A DNA stretch of 64,000 nt from Callorhinchus milii (Eukaryota), in NCBI RefSeq assembly GCF_018977255.1, contig NW_024704743.1, positions 49,106,001 through 49,170,000 on the forward strand, read 5' to 3'. Both the position numbers and the translations under genes were made by a program. How positions within the stretch are numbered: position 1 is the first letter of the stretch; every line of letters starts with the position of its first letter. Shown piece after piece: positions 51,967 to 63,700 of this stretch. The notes under the pieces were generated by a model that was given only the letters and a program-made list of their open reading frames with translations, did not search any database and had not been told where the DNA came from.

Positions 51967-53514
51967 CAGGCCCAGGGCTATTATAGTTTTGGGAGCCCCT
52001 CTTTGCATGTTCAATTCCTTCCCTTTACTATTTTACCACTACCAATGCCCATGGCAATTCCCAACACTCTGTTATTAATTTACCTTGGTTATTTCAGTTC
52101 CATTTTTTAAACGTGTTATAACAATTGTAGAACTAAATCAAAGTTAAAACAAACTAAACAGAAACCTTATTAATTTCAGCACAAACTGGTAGTGTGAAAA
52201 AACATTTAGCGATGTTAAAGATAAAACCAACCAGGACTTTATATTAGAACAGCTGTTAAATCAATTTCTTCCTACTCTTCATGGCCGAAAAGTCTCCAAT
52301 GAAGTCTTTGAAATCCAGCTGGCACAGCAAGTCACACTTGACTGATGTTAATATAAAATTATTCAATCTTGCTCGATCCATAGTTGACCTGAGTCAATGT
52401 TTGATTCGCAGCAGTTTTTAAAATGAGCATTCGCCTCTCGTATGAGTTACTGGCAGCATCAAAAAAAATGATAAAGCGGTGTCTAAATTCAGATAAAGAA
52501 ACTGCAGACTCTTTTGTTGTAAAAGGTGAAGCAGACTCCTTGTCTGCTGCCTCTTCTCTAAGATTCACACACTCTTCGTTCCCTATCGCTAGGCCCATTA
52601 GAAAATTGTGGAAATATTTGCTAAAAATTGTGGGTTAATTGGTGCTTTTGAAAGGCACATTTTATCGCTAATCTACAATTTTTTGATAAAAACTAAACAT
52701 GAAGAAATAACTCATCATACGTAGATTGTTACAACAAAAAAACTATTTATTTCAGATAGAGAGAGACACACACACATACAGATATAGAGTGAGAGACACA
52801 CACACAGCCAGGGAGAAAGATACACACACAGACAGAGAGAGACACATGCACAAACACCTGGAGAAAGACGCACACACACCACACACCGGCAGATACAGAG
52901 AGAGATACAGACTAGAGAGAGAGGGAGACACACACATAGATACAGATACAGAGACACATACACACAAACATACAACAACAACAAGATACAACAACAAGAT
53001 TCCATTTATAAAGCGCCTTTCACGTCAGGAGGACGTCCCAAGGCGCTGCACAGTTGGGTCATGACCCGAGCAGGGGGGAAATGGTCAGGGTGAGGGAAGG
53101 GAGGGAGCGAGGAGGGGGGAAATGGTCGGGGTGAGGGGAAGGAAGGGAGGGAGCGAGGAGGGGGAAGAGAGTCGAGAGGGGAGCTGAAGGCACGGTCAAA
53201 GAGGAGAGAGATACACGCAGACAGACAATCTCATAGGGGCCCAGTGGAGTCCCTGCAAGAGGCCGCTGTCATTCACCAGCGGCGAAGCCCATTTCCCGCC
53301 CGCGCCACTATCCCAATACTGTGATTTTCTATTTTCCCAGCCTATCATTTTTGTGCATTCACGAAAAGCCAAAAATGAGACTTCTTGTGCATGCGCTCTC
53401 TCCGGAGGTCAAAACATTAAAGATACTGTGCTGCCCCCAGCGTTGCCACTCAGTTTTTTGAGGGCCCCTCAAAATCCAGGGCCCTGGGCTGCAGCCAGCA
53501 TTAGTCTAGGCCTG
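51967..53514 (-). mobile_element. Degenerate hAT (Tip100/Zaphod-like) transposon derivative with nested microsatellite and L2 pieces
   Basis: Minus-strand remnant at about 52256-52500 reads FLMLPVTHTRGECSFLK/LLRIKH*LRSTMDRARLNNFILTSVKCDLLCQLDFKDFIGDFSAMKSRKKLI*, the hAT C-terminal dimerisation pattern. Candidate short TIRs CAGGCCCAGGGCTA and TAGTCTAGGCCTG. No TSD recovered, so the outer boundaries are less certain. Confidence 0.75.
52757..52995. repeat. Compound (GA)/(CA) microsatellite
   Basis: Alternating GAGAGA and CACACA tracts. Confidence 0.9.
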
Positions 53515-54079
53515 GGTATGGGGGAAAGGACAGGTAACTGGTACTGAAAGGTTTGCCCTAAAGAGTCAGACGATGGTCCAAATAACCTTTTTCTGCGCTG
53601 TACATTTCTATGCTTCTACCTTGTAATGTGCTCAGTCGTGGTCTTTCTTGTGTTTCTTTGTACTTGGTGTTTTGAACCTATAAACATTGTTGCTATCTTT
53701 AGTTTGAGAACCCTTGAATAGGCGCCTTTAGAGGAGAGTGTGAATGACCCTTTTACAGTATTTAGTCTGGGTCTGTGAGGAATGGTGAATCAGTACTAGA
53801 CACAATGCTGTTTGTCAGTTCTTGTCTTGGCCATCCATTGATTCATTTGCTGCATATCCCCATGGCATTTGTCCAGCCAGAGGGACTCTCATAAAACTAC
53901 TTCCCCTGTGATAACCTTGTACTGAGACGTTCACAAATAATCCATCCCAATTTCAGAGAGTAAAGTTAAGTGCAACTAACGCTAAAAATAATCAGACAGC
54001 AGTCTCTATTAAAACACATCTCACAGAATGGACAGCACAATATCAACCAAAGACTCGTCAGGAAACAAGCAATTAGCTA

Positions 54080-54790
54080 CAATAATAACATCAACAACTT
54101 GGATTTATATAGCGCCCTCCACCTTGGACGGCGTCACAGAGCGCTTCACAGTAACGGATCCCGGGGCCGAGCCAGGGGGAGGGGGGAGAAGAAGGTGATC
54201 AAAGGTGCGGTCGAAAAGAAAGGTCTTCAGCCAAGACCTGAAAATAGGAAGATAGTGGGCGAGGCGAAGGGAGTGAGGAAGGGAGTTCCAGAGCCTCCTG
54301 AAGTGGCTGAAGGCATGGCCGCCCTTGGTGGAGCAGAGGATTCAGGGGACAAGGAGGAGGCCAGACTTGGTGGAGCGAAGGCAACGGGCATTGTTGTGAG
54401 GAGAGAGGAAGTCAGAGAGGTAGGGGGGAGCAGCGGAGTGGAGGGATTTGAAGATAAGAGTGAGGATCTTGAAGTCGATTCTCTCTGGGACAGGCAGCCA
54501 GTGCATTTTGGTTAGGACTGGGGTGATCGGGGAGCAGAGTTTGGTACGGGTAAGAATGTGGGCGACAGAGTTCTGGTTGACCTGGATTTTATGGATGGTA
54601 GTGGAGGGGACACCGGCGAGGAGAGCATTTGAATAGTCCAGCCGAGAGGTAACAAAGGCATGGACCAGGGTTTTGGCAGCTTTTGGGGTGAGGTATTGGC
54701 AGAGACGGGCAATGCGTCTGAGGTGGAAGAAAGCGGTGCTGATGAGGGAACGAATGTTGGGGAGGAAGGATAATTGGGGGTCGCTGTAGC
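54080..54790 (-). mobile_element. L2-clade LINE 3' fragment
   Basis: AFFHLRRIARL...LVHAFVTSRLDYSNALL...ITPVLTKMHWLPVPERIDFKIL; tail GGCGCTATATAAATCCAAGTTGTTG. Confidence 0.92.
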
Positions 54791-57359
54791 AAGAGACCTG
54801 ACCGCCCCAAACAATTATAATCCAAATCCAAATTTCCACACAAAAGCAATTCTGGGAATTTATTTTCATAAAACTTTAATACTTTTCCTTCAATGGGCCT
54901 CTGCCAAATCCAGGGCTTCTCAATGGAGCTGAACTGACTTGGGTATTAACAACAACTTGTTTTTATGTAACACCCTTCATGTAGGATGAATAGCTTGAAG
55001 CCATTCACAGACTCAACAGGGAGCACAGAGCAAGGAGAAGAATGAGAATTTCAAGTTATTGACCAAAGGCATAATCAAAGATATAGTTTTTATATAAGAG
55101 AGCTTTGAAAGCAGGACAGAAGAAGCAAGGTGAAGATATTTTAGGACTGAGTTCCAGGCAGTGGGGAGCTAGTATTGTGCGCAATTGGCTGCCGCATTTC
55201 GCACACAAATATACAGTCAATTCACTTTACAGTATATTCTGTGAAGCGTTTTGAGACATCTAAAAGGCGTGAAAAGCGCTATATCAAATACCAGGATTAT
55301 TTTATTATAGTGGCTATAGGCTTGACCACCACCAACAGCAAATTATATTTATATAGTGCTTTTCACGTCAGATCACTAATGATGGTGCAAGGGAACAAAC
55401 AGTACATCAGAGTTGGAAGAGCAGAGAACATGGAAGGATTACAATGGATCATTTGGCATATTTGTAATATGTTGGCAACAGTCAACAAGGACAAGGCATC
55501 TGATATCCTACATCCTTCCTAATTTCATTTTCTATAATGATCTCATTGCCTACTCATTACAAAGAAATTTAGCACTGCACAATTGCCTTTTTTAAATCTG
55601 GTGCTTTAAATTTACTAAACTATTATTAATGATCATAAGAGCTAATGGGAGAAAATTCCTCAAATTGTCTTCAAATTCCACAAAATCTGATTATTTTCCT
55701 AAAAGAATACACACATTTATCAAAGACTTTATTAGAAATGTAACAATTCTTTTTGTCTGTTCAGTGAATTGTAATTTCATTGGATTTAATTAAAGATAGC
55801 AGGTCTATAGCAAAGTATCTTTTTTATAATCGCCCTCAGAAATAAGATTTGCACTTTCATGGTGTGACATACATACAAAGTTGCTTCTGATTATTCATTA
55901 CAGCATTCAGAAAGTGAATGGGAAACCACAAACCTTTGATCAGTTTTGTACCTTGTGATAACTCCAAAAAAGGTGAATTCTTCAGCACTAAACTCTATTT
56001 ACCATGTATCTCCTCAACCTGCGAAGTGATCCACTTTGTTTCTTGCAGTTTCTTCATTCTTCCAACCGTGGTGTTGCACATCTCAGGATAAGAATAATTT
56101 GGTCGTGACAGTGGAGGGAGTGGAGATGGCAGTGATGTTGATGGAGTGATGTTGTTTTGCTTTCTATGGCATGCATTTGGATTAGATCTTTTTTCTTGTA
56201 CTTTCCTGTAGGAGTGTGTTGTGATATTTGTTTGAATACCAACTTATAAAATAAGTTGCTGGGAGAGGGATAAGAGATGTAAGTGGGTCTATCTGACTGC
56301 TCAGTGATATGTTTGGCAAAGTGCGAGCATAACAAAATCAAACCACTGTGGAGAACTTGTCAATCTGATATCTGACAGCAGTAATGCAATACATCATGAT
56401 TCTGTCAATGATAAGTTTTCTTGGTTTATCGATAACAGGTGTAGATGCCTTGCTGAAAGTAGGATTGTTACTCAGTTCCTCATATCCTGCAAGCCAATGC
56501 TATAACAGTAGAACAATCCTACCTAGATAAGAAACACTTAACAGTGCTTTATTTTAATGTGGTAAATGGTGTGACTTGAACTCTACTGTAATGTACACTT
56601 GAGATTTCCTAATACACGTACCTTGTTAATAATAATCCTTGCATTTGATATAGCGTTTTTCACGTCGGGAGGAGGTCCCAAAGCGCTTCACAGAACACAC
56701 TGTAAAGTGAATTGACTGTATATTTGACATTATTGTTGTATGTTCTCTAGACACAGGCACACAGCCATGGTGTCAATCATTGTCATGACCATTATTCAGA
56801 GAGACATTGGGTGCTCTAGAACTAGCAAATAGAAATTCTGCTTCTGTGATATATACTAATACCTGAAACTCAAGCAATCGCAAGAGGTTTGCATGTGTGT
56901 CACAAGAATGGTTGACAAAAAGAAGTGCTATTTGTGAGGAGTGTACTCTTGGTACCTCCGGGTTCTTGTCTGTTTAAAAACATCACTATTCTGACCGGCT
57001 AATGTCTCATAGGCGTTCTCTCCACAAGTTAAAACTGGGGGGAGGAGAAAGTCCTCATTCCATCCCAACCAGATATCTCTGGGACGTCCAAGTGTGGGTG
57101 GGATGCATGCAATTCTCAGCTTGGTTTGGATACTCTTAAGCAATGATGATGGGTTTAGGGCATGTGTCAGATACCTGGCTGTCCAAAAACAAATTAAAAG
57201 ATGTGTGTGGGTGTGTGGGTCTGCACTTTACAGGCGCCATGGACGTCCTGGGGTAAGAGGAGCGGGTGAGGGAATGGATTGGGGATGGAGGGGGGGAAAA
57301 CGGTTTCCAATGTACGAGTCCCTGTTAAGGGTCAAAAAGCCAAAGCAAGTGGAAGTTGG

Positions 57360-58145
57360 ACCTCACCTGGTAAGCGCCAGCGATGTTGACCGTCTCTCCG
57401 TGCTCAGCCACGTAGCCGACGATCCCCTTCCCCCAAGGCACCTGCACCTCGTTGGAGCTCTCCGCCCTGGAGGAGGGCAGCACAGTGGTGCCCGAGTGGA
57501 CGTCGAAAAACTTGGACACCAGTGTCTTCTTGTGAGGAGGCCCCTCCACCAGGAAGAGCGAGCAGCGGTCCGCGCCCACCATGATGCAGACGTTGATGAG
57601 GATCTTGTAGCTCAGGCTGGTGAGGTCCAGGTCGTTGGAGATGTCCTTGACGAGCTCCAGGAAGAACGCCCTCTCGTCGCCGTCCTTCAGGCGGTACTTG
57701 TAGTCCGTGGCTGCGGAGGGGTACTGGGGAGCGTTGACCCTGGACTCCAGGAGGGCGCTGAGGATGTGGGCCGTGGTGGGGGGCAGGGAGCTGGCTTTCC
57801 TCAGGAGAGCCCGCCTGCTGCTGCAGCCGGTGCTGGGGTCCCGCGCCCTCGGGGTGACATGTTCCTCGTCGTAGGTCCTGTGCGCCGTCATGGCCCGGGA
57901 CCTGGCGAAGCTCCTCCTCAGCTCCTTCTGGGAGGAGCGGCGGTGCAGCCCCTCTGCTCGGCCATTGCCCCGGCACTGCTCCCTGGCCCCGCCGCCCTCC
58001 TCGCCGGGGACCTTCGCCGACCTGTGCTCCTTCAGCCACTTGGTCACCGAGTCCCGCTTTCCCTTCCTCAGCAGGTAATCCTCGAACAGGTCCGGGTGCC
58101 CGTCCAGGAAAGCTTCCACGTCGGAAAAGTCAATGGTGGCCATGG
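57360..58145. promoter_or_regulatory. CpG-island-like GC-rich segment over exon 1
   Basis: Visibly dense in CG dinucleotides and G+C compared with the AT-rich, CpG-depleted introns. Not quantified. Confidence 0.75.
57367..58143 (-). CDS. PDE11A: PDE11A coding exon 1 (N-terminal regulatory region and first half of GAF-A), 777 nt, 259 aa
   Basis: Translation MATIDFSDVEAFLDGHPDLFEDYLLRKGK...RRALLRKASSLPPTTAHILSALLESRVN...FFLELVKDISNDLDLTSLSYKIL...EVQVPWGKGIVGYVAEHGETVNIAGAYQ matches the recalled PDE11A4 N-terminus. Strong Kozak context (ACCATGG). Donor CAG|GTGAGG at 57367/57366. Confidence 0.97.
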
Positions 58146-58500
58146 TGATGAGAGAGGGAGAGAGAGAGAGAGATGGGGGGTAGAGACACCGAGAGAAATG
58201 GGGGGGATAGAGAAATGGGGAGAAGGAGAGAGGGGGAGAACTGGTGGGTAGAGAGATAGAACTGGGGAGAAATAAATGGGGGGAAGGAGAGAAAGAGAGA
58301 GAGAAATGGGGCAGAGAGAGAACTGGGGGGAGAGAGACACAGGGAAATGGGGGAGAGGGAGAGAACTGGTGGTAGAGAGATAAAACTGGGGGAGAAAGAA
58401 ATGGGGGGAAGGAGAGAGAGAGAAATGGGGGCAGAGAGAGAACTGGGGGGAGAGACACAGAGAAATGGGGAGAGAGAGAGAACACACTGGGGAGAGATAT
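58146..58500. repeat. Purine-rich (G/A) minisatellite directly upstream of the PDE11A ATG
   Basis: Subunits GAGAGAAATGGGGG and GAGAGAACTGGGGG. GCAGAGAGAGAACTGGGGGGAGAGA recurs at 58311 and 58431 (120-bp period). Confidence 0.9.
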
Positions 58501-59635
58501 CTGAGCTGGAAAGTTGCTTTGCCGCTCTAACACCTGATCAAAACTTGGAGCATCTTCAGAAATACTGAGGAGAAGGCAGAAGGCGATGTCCTTGAGTTGG
58601 CAAACAAATGGTGTTCTGTATGAATTTCATGCCAGTCTCATGGCGTGAAATGCTTGCCACATGGGTGGTGCTGGGGGGGGGGGGGGGGGGGGAGATGGCA
58701 ATGTTGTCAATTCCTCCCTATATATTAAACAGCCGTTTGGACAGCAGTGGATTTATAAGGAAGAGAAGAAGGTCTCCTGGGGGAAAGGATGGGCATCAGA
58801 AACCAGTCCGATAGCAAAACGGATCCAAGTAATACAGAGACTTCATTCGTTACACGGTCAAGGAAGTCGAATACACTTATAATCTTACCCTGATCTTAGG
58901 ATCTTATAAACAATAAAACCTTTGCATTGCGATCAATGGAGTTATCATTAAAAATCCCATCCCGCGCTGGTGCAGCACATCATCAGTTGACTCCGGTCGA
59001 AGGATCTCCATAGTCATCCACTGAAAGAACTATTGTAATACATTCTTAAACAACTCGGATCGTCTTAAAGTGACCGGAAAGTTTATGGAGTGAGCGAAGA
59101 GGCTTTTGCACCAAATCGCGGTCAGCACACGAATAGGGAGGGAGGTTTGAAGGTCCTTTTACAGTCTCAGGGAAATGTGCCCATTGGCTCTGACGCGGGA
59201 CGTGCCTTTGACAGGACTTGTTCCTGGCAGATTACAAACCGAGTTCAAGTGTTAACTGCAAAGGTTTATTTATATATATGTAAACTATATATAGTATCTG
59301 CTTCGTGAGCATCGCTTCTTTTTTGCTTACGCACCTTTTTTTCGCGGCCAAAAAAAAAGAAATTTAAGCGATCTGTAAAACCGCTGTGTAAACTGAACTG
59401 TTAACTTGAACTGTGAGCAAAGATCAACAAAAGACCAGATGAAAAAGACCAACTTCGACATGCAATACCCTATATTAATCTGCATAGCGATTGTCAACAT
59501 CGGATTGCAATCCCACTTGGCTTCAAATGCACAAGTAGCTTGAACAGCAGTGTTAACAGGGGAGTCAGGAGACACCAAGTTCATTGGAGCTTATGTACAG
59601 GAGTAAGAAGTAGGTAAATGGTGTCAGCCCCACGC

Positions 59636-59660
59636 GAGAGAGAGAGAGAGAGAGAGAGAG
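59636..59660. repeat. (GA)n microsatellite in the upstream region
   Basis: Read directly from the sequence. Confidence 0.9.
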
Positions 59661-59830
59661 AAAAAATAAGGAAGAAAGATTGCATTAGCGGTGTCCTGTC
59701 TTTCTGGGCAATACAATGATCACACAGCGCACACAGGTTGCAGGAGGAGCTGAGCTGAGCTCCTGCCCCTGGCGGGGTCTCTGCCTGTTATTAATAGTCA
59801 CATCTCGGGTTGCCAATAGATACAGTTACT

Positions 59831-59838
59831 TGACGTCA
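59831..59838. promoter_or_regulatory. Full palindromic cAMP response element (TGACGTCA), with a CCAAT at 59813-59817
   Basis: Exact motif in non-repetitive DNA about 1.7 kb upstream of the start codon. Function is not shown. Confidence 0.5.
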
Positions 59839-60083
59839 AACCTACCAGCAGTATAGTGGGTCAAGAACATATCTATTTGCCGCTGTGCCATTTGTCCCTT
59901 GAAATAAGGTTGTCAGACTGGCACCTGCAGTGCAAGAGACTTTGATTTTCTTTCCCTGTGAGGTGTGGCAGGAGTGTGTAAGGAGATGCTCACTCACCCA
60001 CAAGCCTCCGGCGCTCTCTGCTCTGTGTAAGTGTGAGAAAGGAATTGTTTGCTGCCGGTGTCGATGCAATATTGGAAGGTGTG

Positions 60084-60118
60084 GTGTGTGTGTGTGTGTG
60101 TGTGTGTTAGTGTGTGTG
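60084..60118. repeat. (GT)n microsatellite in the upstream region
   Basis: Read directly from the sequence. Confidence 0.9.
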
Positions 60119-60959
60119 ACATTGTAAAAGTAAATCGCTAAGGGACTCTCCCTACCATCAGCAATGGAAATCAGTCACTCCGACACCTTGGAGCTAACCT
60201 GCACTGTGATTCATTGCTATCGATGTTGTTACCACTGTACATGACCCAAGCGGCATTCTGTACCAGTATTGACTATCAATAAACATCTCCTGTCAGGAAT
60301 TTACACGTTCAGCTATCAGTTCTTCTTCTCTCATTATCCCAGGGCATTTCATCCTCAAATAGCCTCCGCTAATTTATTTCTTTGGAGCTAATTAAAACGC
60401 TTTTAATTGAATTCGTTCAAGCTTACAGTAACTTTCTTCCCCCCCCCCCCTCTCCCAAAAAAAAAATTGGTTGACCTTGTGAGATTGAACGTTGGAACCC
60501 ATTGCAAATCCCTGCTTGAATCGACGCAGAAACCTTTCCTATGCACTTGCATATTTTGATTGACACGGGGTTTTAAATTAAAATGACTGCGGATTTGGGC
60601 AGTAGTCATTCAGCAGAATGTTGACGTCTAAACACATGTTCCATTGAATTTGTGACATCAAAACAAATTGGGTTTGTAGACATTTTGCCCATAAAATACA
60701 CAGTCATTCCACTTTATTGTATATGCAGTAAAGCGCTTTGAGGCGTCTTGACAATGCGATAAGGTGCTATATGAAATGCAATGATTATTATTTATAATTT
60801 AGTTTTATTAAAAGGGGTGGATAGGCAGAAATCATTTGCTATCACTTCTTCTGGATCTCTAATGTCTCCAGGAATCTAATTGACACTTAAAAAGGGTCTT
60901 CCCAATCATAGGCAGAAGTCACCAGTTTAATAGTTCATCATGTTGGCAAAAGAGTTCAG

Positions 60960-62580
60960 AAACTGACTTTGAATCTACCTTCTATCCTTTAAATCTTGCA
61001 ACCCACTAGCCGGTCTCCGAGTTGCTCTTCATTTTCAAAGTCATATAACGCATTGTTGTCAACCGACTTCGCTCACACCTCTCCGTCCATTCCCTACTCA
61101 AGCCCCTCCAGTTTTTTCCAGTTGCCCGCAGCACAGAGACACCAGCGCTCATCAAAGTCACAAATAACGTCCTCTATCACCAGGGCTTATTCTGCCTCCT
61201 TGTCCTCCTGGACCTCTCCACTACTTTTGTTAACAGTGGACCACATCATCCTCCTTGGCAACCACTCCTCCTTCATCCACCTCAGTGGGACCTCATTCAC
61301 CTGGTTCAAGTCCAACTTCATTGAGTCTATGGAAATGTTTTTTCATCCCACCCCTGCCAGATTACTTTTGATGTGCCCCATCCCATGCCTCCAACCATAC
61401 CTCTGTCCGTTGTTTTTCCTCATTTACATGCTCCCTCTCTGTGGTATCATCATGCAGACATGTATGCAGATGCCCCCAAATCTACTTCTATAACCCCAGG
61501 TCCACCAATGTTCTGTTCTCTTGCTTGTCAGACATCAAGATCTGGATAAGCACAATCTTCCAACAGCTAAATGTCAACAAGACAGAAGTCATTCTCTTTG
61601 GCTCCCATCAATGTCTTTTTATTACTTGCAGCTCTGACTTCCTTAACCTCTCTACCTTATCACTCAGACACACTGAACCTGTGCCCAACCTAGGCATCAG
61701 CTTTCCTTCCACTCCCTGACCAGGATCGCTTTCTTCCACCTCCACCACATCGCCCATTTCAGACTATATTTCACACTTGATGTAGCTGAAACCCTCATTC
61801 ATGCATACGTCACCTTGGAGTCCTGTAGCTCAGTGGTTAGAGCACTCGCTTTGCAAGCGAGAGACCCGAGTTCAATTCCAGGCAGGGCGAAACCTTGGGC
61901 AAGTTTCCTTACTCCACACGCCTAATAATAATCCCTCCAAAACCAAAAACAATAATAAATTGGTCATTTTCAATCTACGACTGTTTGTGGGACATTGCTG
62001 TGCGCAATTGGCTGCCGCGTTCGCCCACAAGTATACAGTCAATTCACTTTACAGTGTGTTCTGTGAAGCGCTTTGGGACGTCCTCCCGACGTGAAAAGCG
62101 CTATATCAAATGCAAGGATTATTATGTTACTGCCAATCATCTATGTGGCCAGGAAAGGCAAAGAGATTGAGGCAGTGAGTTCCACACCAATTTTTCCAAT
62201 ACCTTCTTTGCCAGTCTCCACAGTTCTGCCACCCACAAAATGCAACTGGATCTAAAAGTCCATTGCCCATATTTTCACCCATATCAAACTCTGCACCCCC
62301 ATCATGCCAGTCCTTACCAGACTAGACTGGCTCCCTATTGCAAAATGGATCAATTTCAAGATCCTCACTCTTACTTACAAATCTGCTCATACCCGAGACC
62401 ATCCCTACCTCTCCAACCTGCTTACACCCCACTCCACTACCTGCCCCTTCGCTCAGCTGGCTCCAGCTTCCGCCTTGTACCTCGATCCCTCTGCTCCACC
62501 ATTGACGGCCTTGTTTCCAGCTGTTAGACACCGAAAATTTGGAACTGGCTGCCTGAATCTCTTTGCCTTTCCTGGCTACA
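60960..62580 (+). mobile_element. L2 ORF2 remnant, decayed and interrupted by a SINE
   Basis: CLSDIKIWIST.FQQLNVNKTEVILFG; PVLTRLDWLPIAKWINFKIL. Confidence 0.85.
61816..62125 (+). mobile_element. Same SINE, full-length young copy nested in an L2 fragment
   Basis: Intact anticodon arm CTCGC-TTTGCAA-GCGAG; interrupts an L2 ORF2 remnant after IHAYVT. Confidence 0.94.
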
Positions 62581-63364
62581 TAGATGATTGGCATCATCCC
62601 AGTACCTGCTAATACTAAGCATAGACTTAGGTTAACATCATCCAAACTAGGCCTCAATATTGACATTAAAACATTTCTTGCCCCTAATGAGTTCAGAAAA
62701 CATCCTTGATACCATTTTGTACAGGTGTTTATTATTATTATTCTGCCAAGGGTCCATCACTAGAACCTGACTTCTTTAATTCGCAAGATTATAAAAGAGG
62801 ATGAGATAGATATGACCATTCATCCCTTTCCATCTCATCTTTCCAGAATATCAACTTTCCTGTCTTCCCAATACAATATCAAGCTATCAATCTGTATATT
62901 AAATGAATTACTGCACTCCTGCCTTGACATATCTAAAAAAAAAAGTCCTGATTATTTTTGCAATCCCATTTAACATCATATATCACTATCCTATCCCCTC
63001 TGAGACATCTCTTTTCAAAGCTGAAAAAGCTAATTTAGCCAATTCTCATAGCTTATTGAATCATCTTCTGGCTGTCTCAGTAGTCTGGTTCCAGTCAGGT
63101 ATAGGTGCTCAGTACACCAGGGTACTCCTAATAACACACCAGCTGGCTTGCTGATTAAGTGGACTCGGTAGAGCAGAGCAATCATTGAGGGCAGAGATTC
63201 TTCCCAGTCAGCTCCCGTTATCGCTGCATGCCAAAGTTCAAATGGGTAAGGTGGTCCTCGTAAGACAAGTAATGGGAAGCTTGCAGTGTAAGTACTGGCT
63301 AGTTGCAAAGCTTAAGATGGTTAAACTCCATTAGTGGCCACTTCAAGGTGGAGTCCCATCTTAT

Positions 63365-63700
63365 AGGGGTTAGGGCGCTTGCCTCACAAGCAAGAGGACC
63401 TGGGTTTGATTCCTGGACAGAGTGAAATCTTAGGCAAGTTTCCTTACTCCACGTGCCTCTGTTTACCTAACAGTAAGTAGGAACCAGGTTGATATTCGAT
63501 TGGCAGATCGCTTTCTGGGGTAATAATCCCTCCAAAAAAATGTTTTCACTCAATCCACAACTGTTTGTGGGACACTGCTGTGCACAATTGGCTGCTGTGT
63601 TTCACCCACAAAATACACAGTCAATCCACTTTACGATATATTCTGTGATGTCTCAATGATATGATAAGGTGCTATATCAAATGCAAGGATTATTATCATT
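63365..63700 (+). mobile_element. SINE, long form, older copy
   Basis: Contains GCCTCTGTTTACCTAACAGTAAGTAGGAACCAGG and the shared tail. Confidence 0.85.

Noticed and set aside
52715..53064. Cys/Val- and His/Thr-rich ORFs
   Set aside because: Microsatellite translations.
57404..58039. 211-aa alternative-frame ORF inside exon 1
   Set aside because: GTG start; stop-poor frames are expected in GC3-rich coding DNA.
57094..58251. 385-aa plus-strand ORF
   Set aside because: Antisense shadow of GC-rich PDE11A exon 1. It starts at GTG, runs into repeats and has no recognisable domain.
58144..58533. 130-aa N-terminal extension of PDE11A
   Set aside because: Low-complexity translation of the minisatellite with a non-ATG start. 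Homology and the Kozak context begin at 58143.
61816..61892. tRNA-Ala(TGC) gene
   Set aside because: Cloverleaf-like, but continuous with the SINE body in every copy, with a mismatched T-stem and no terminator. It is a SINE head.
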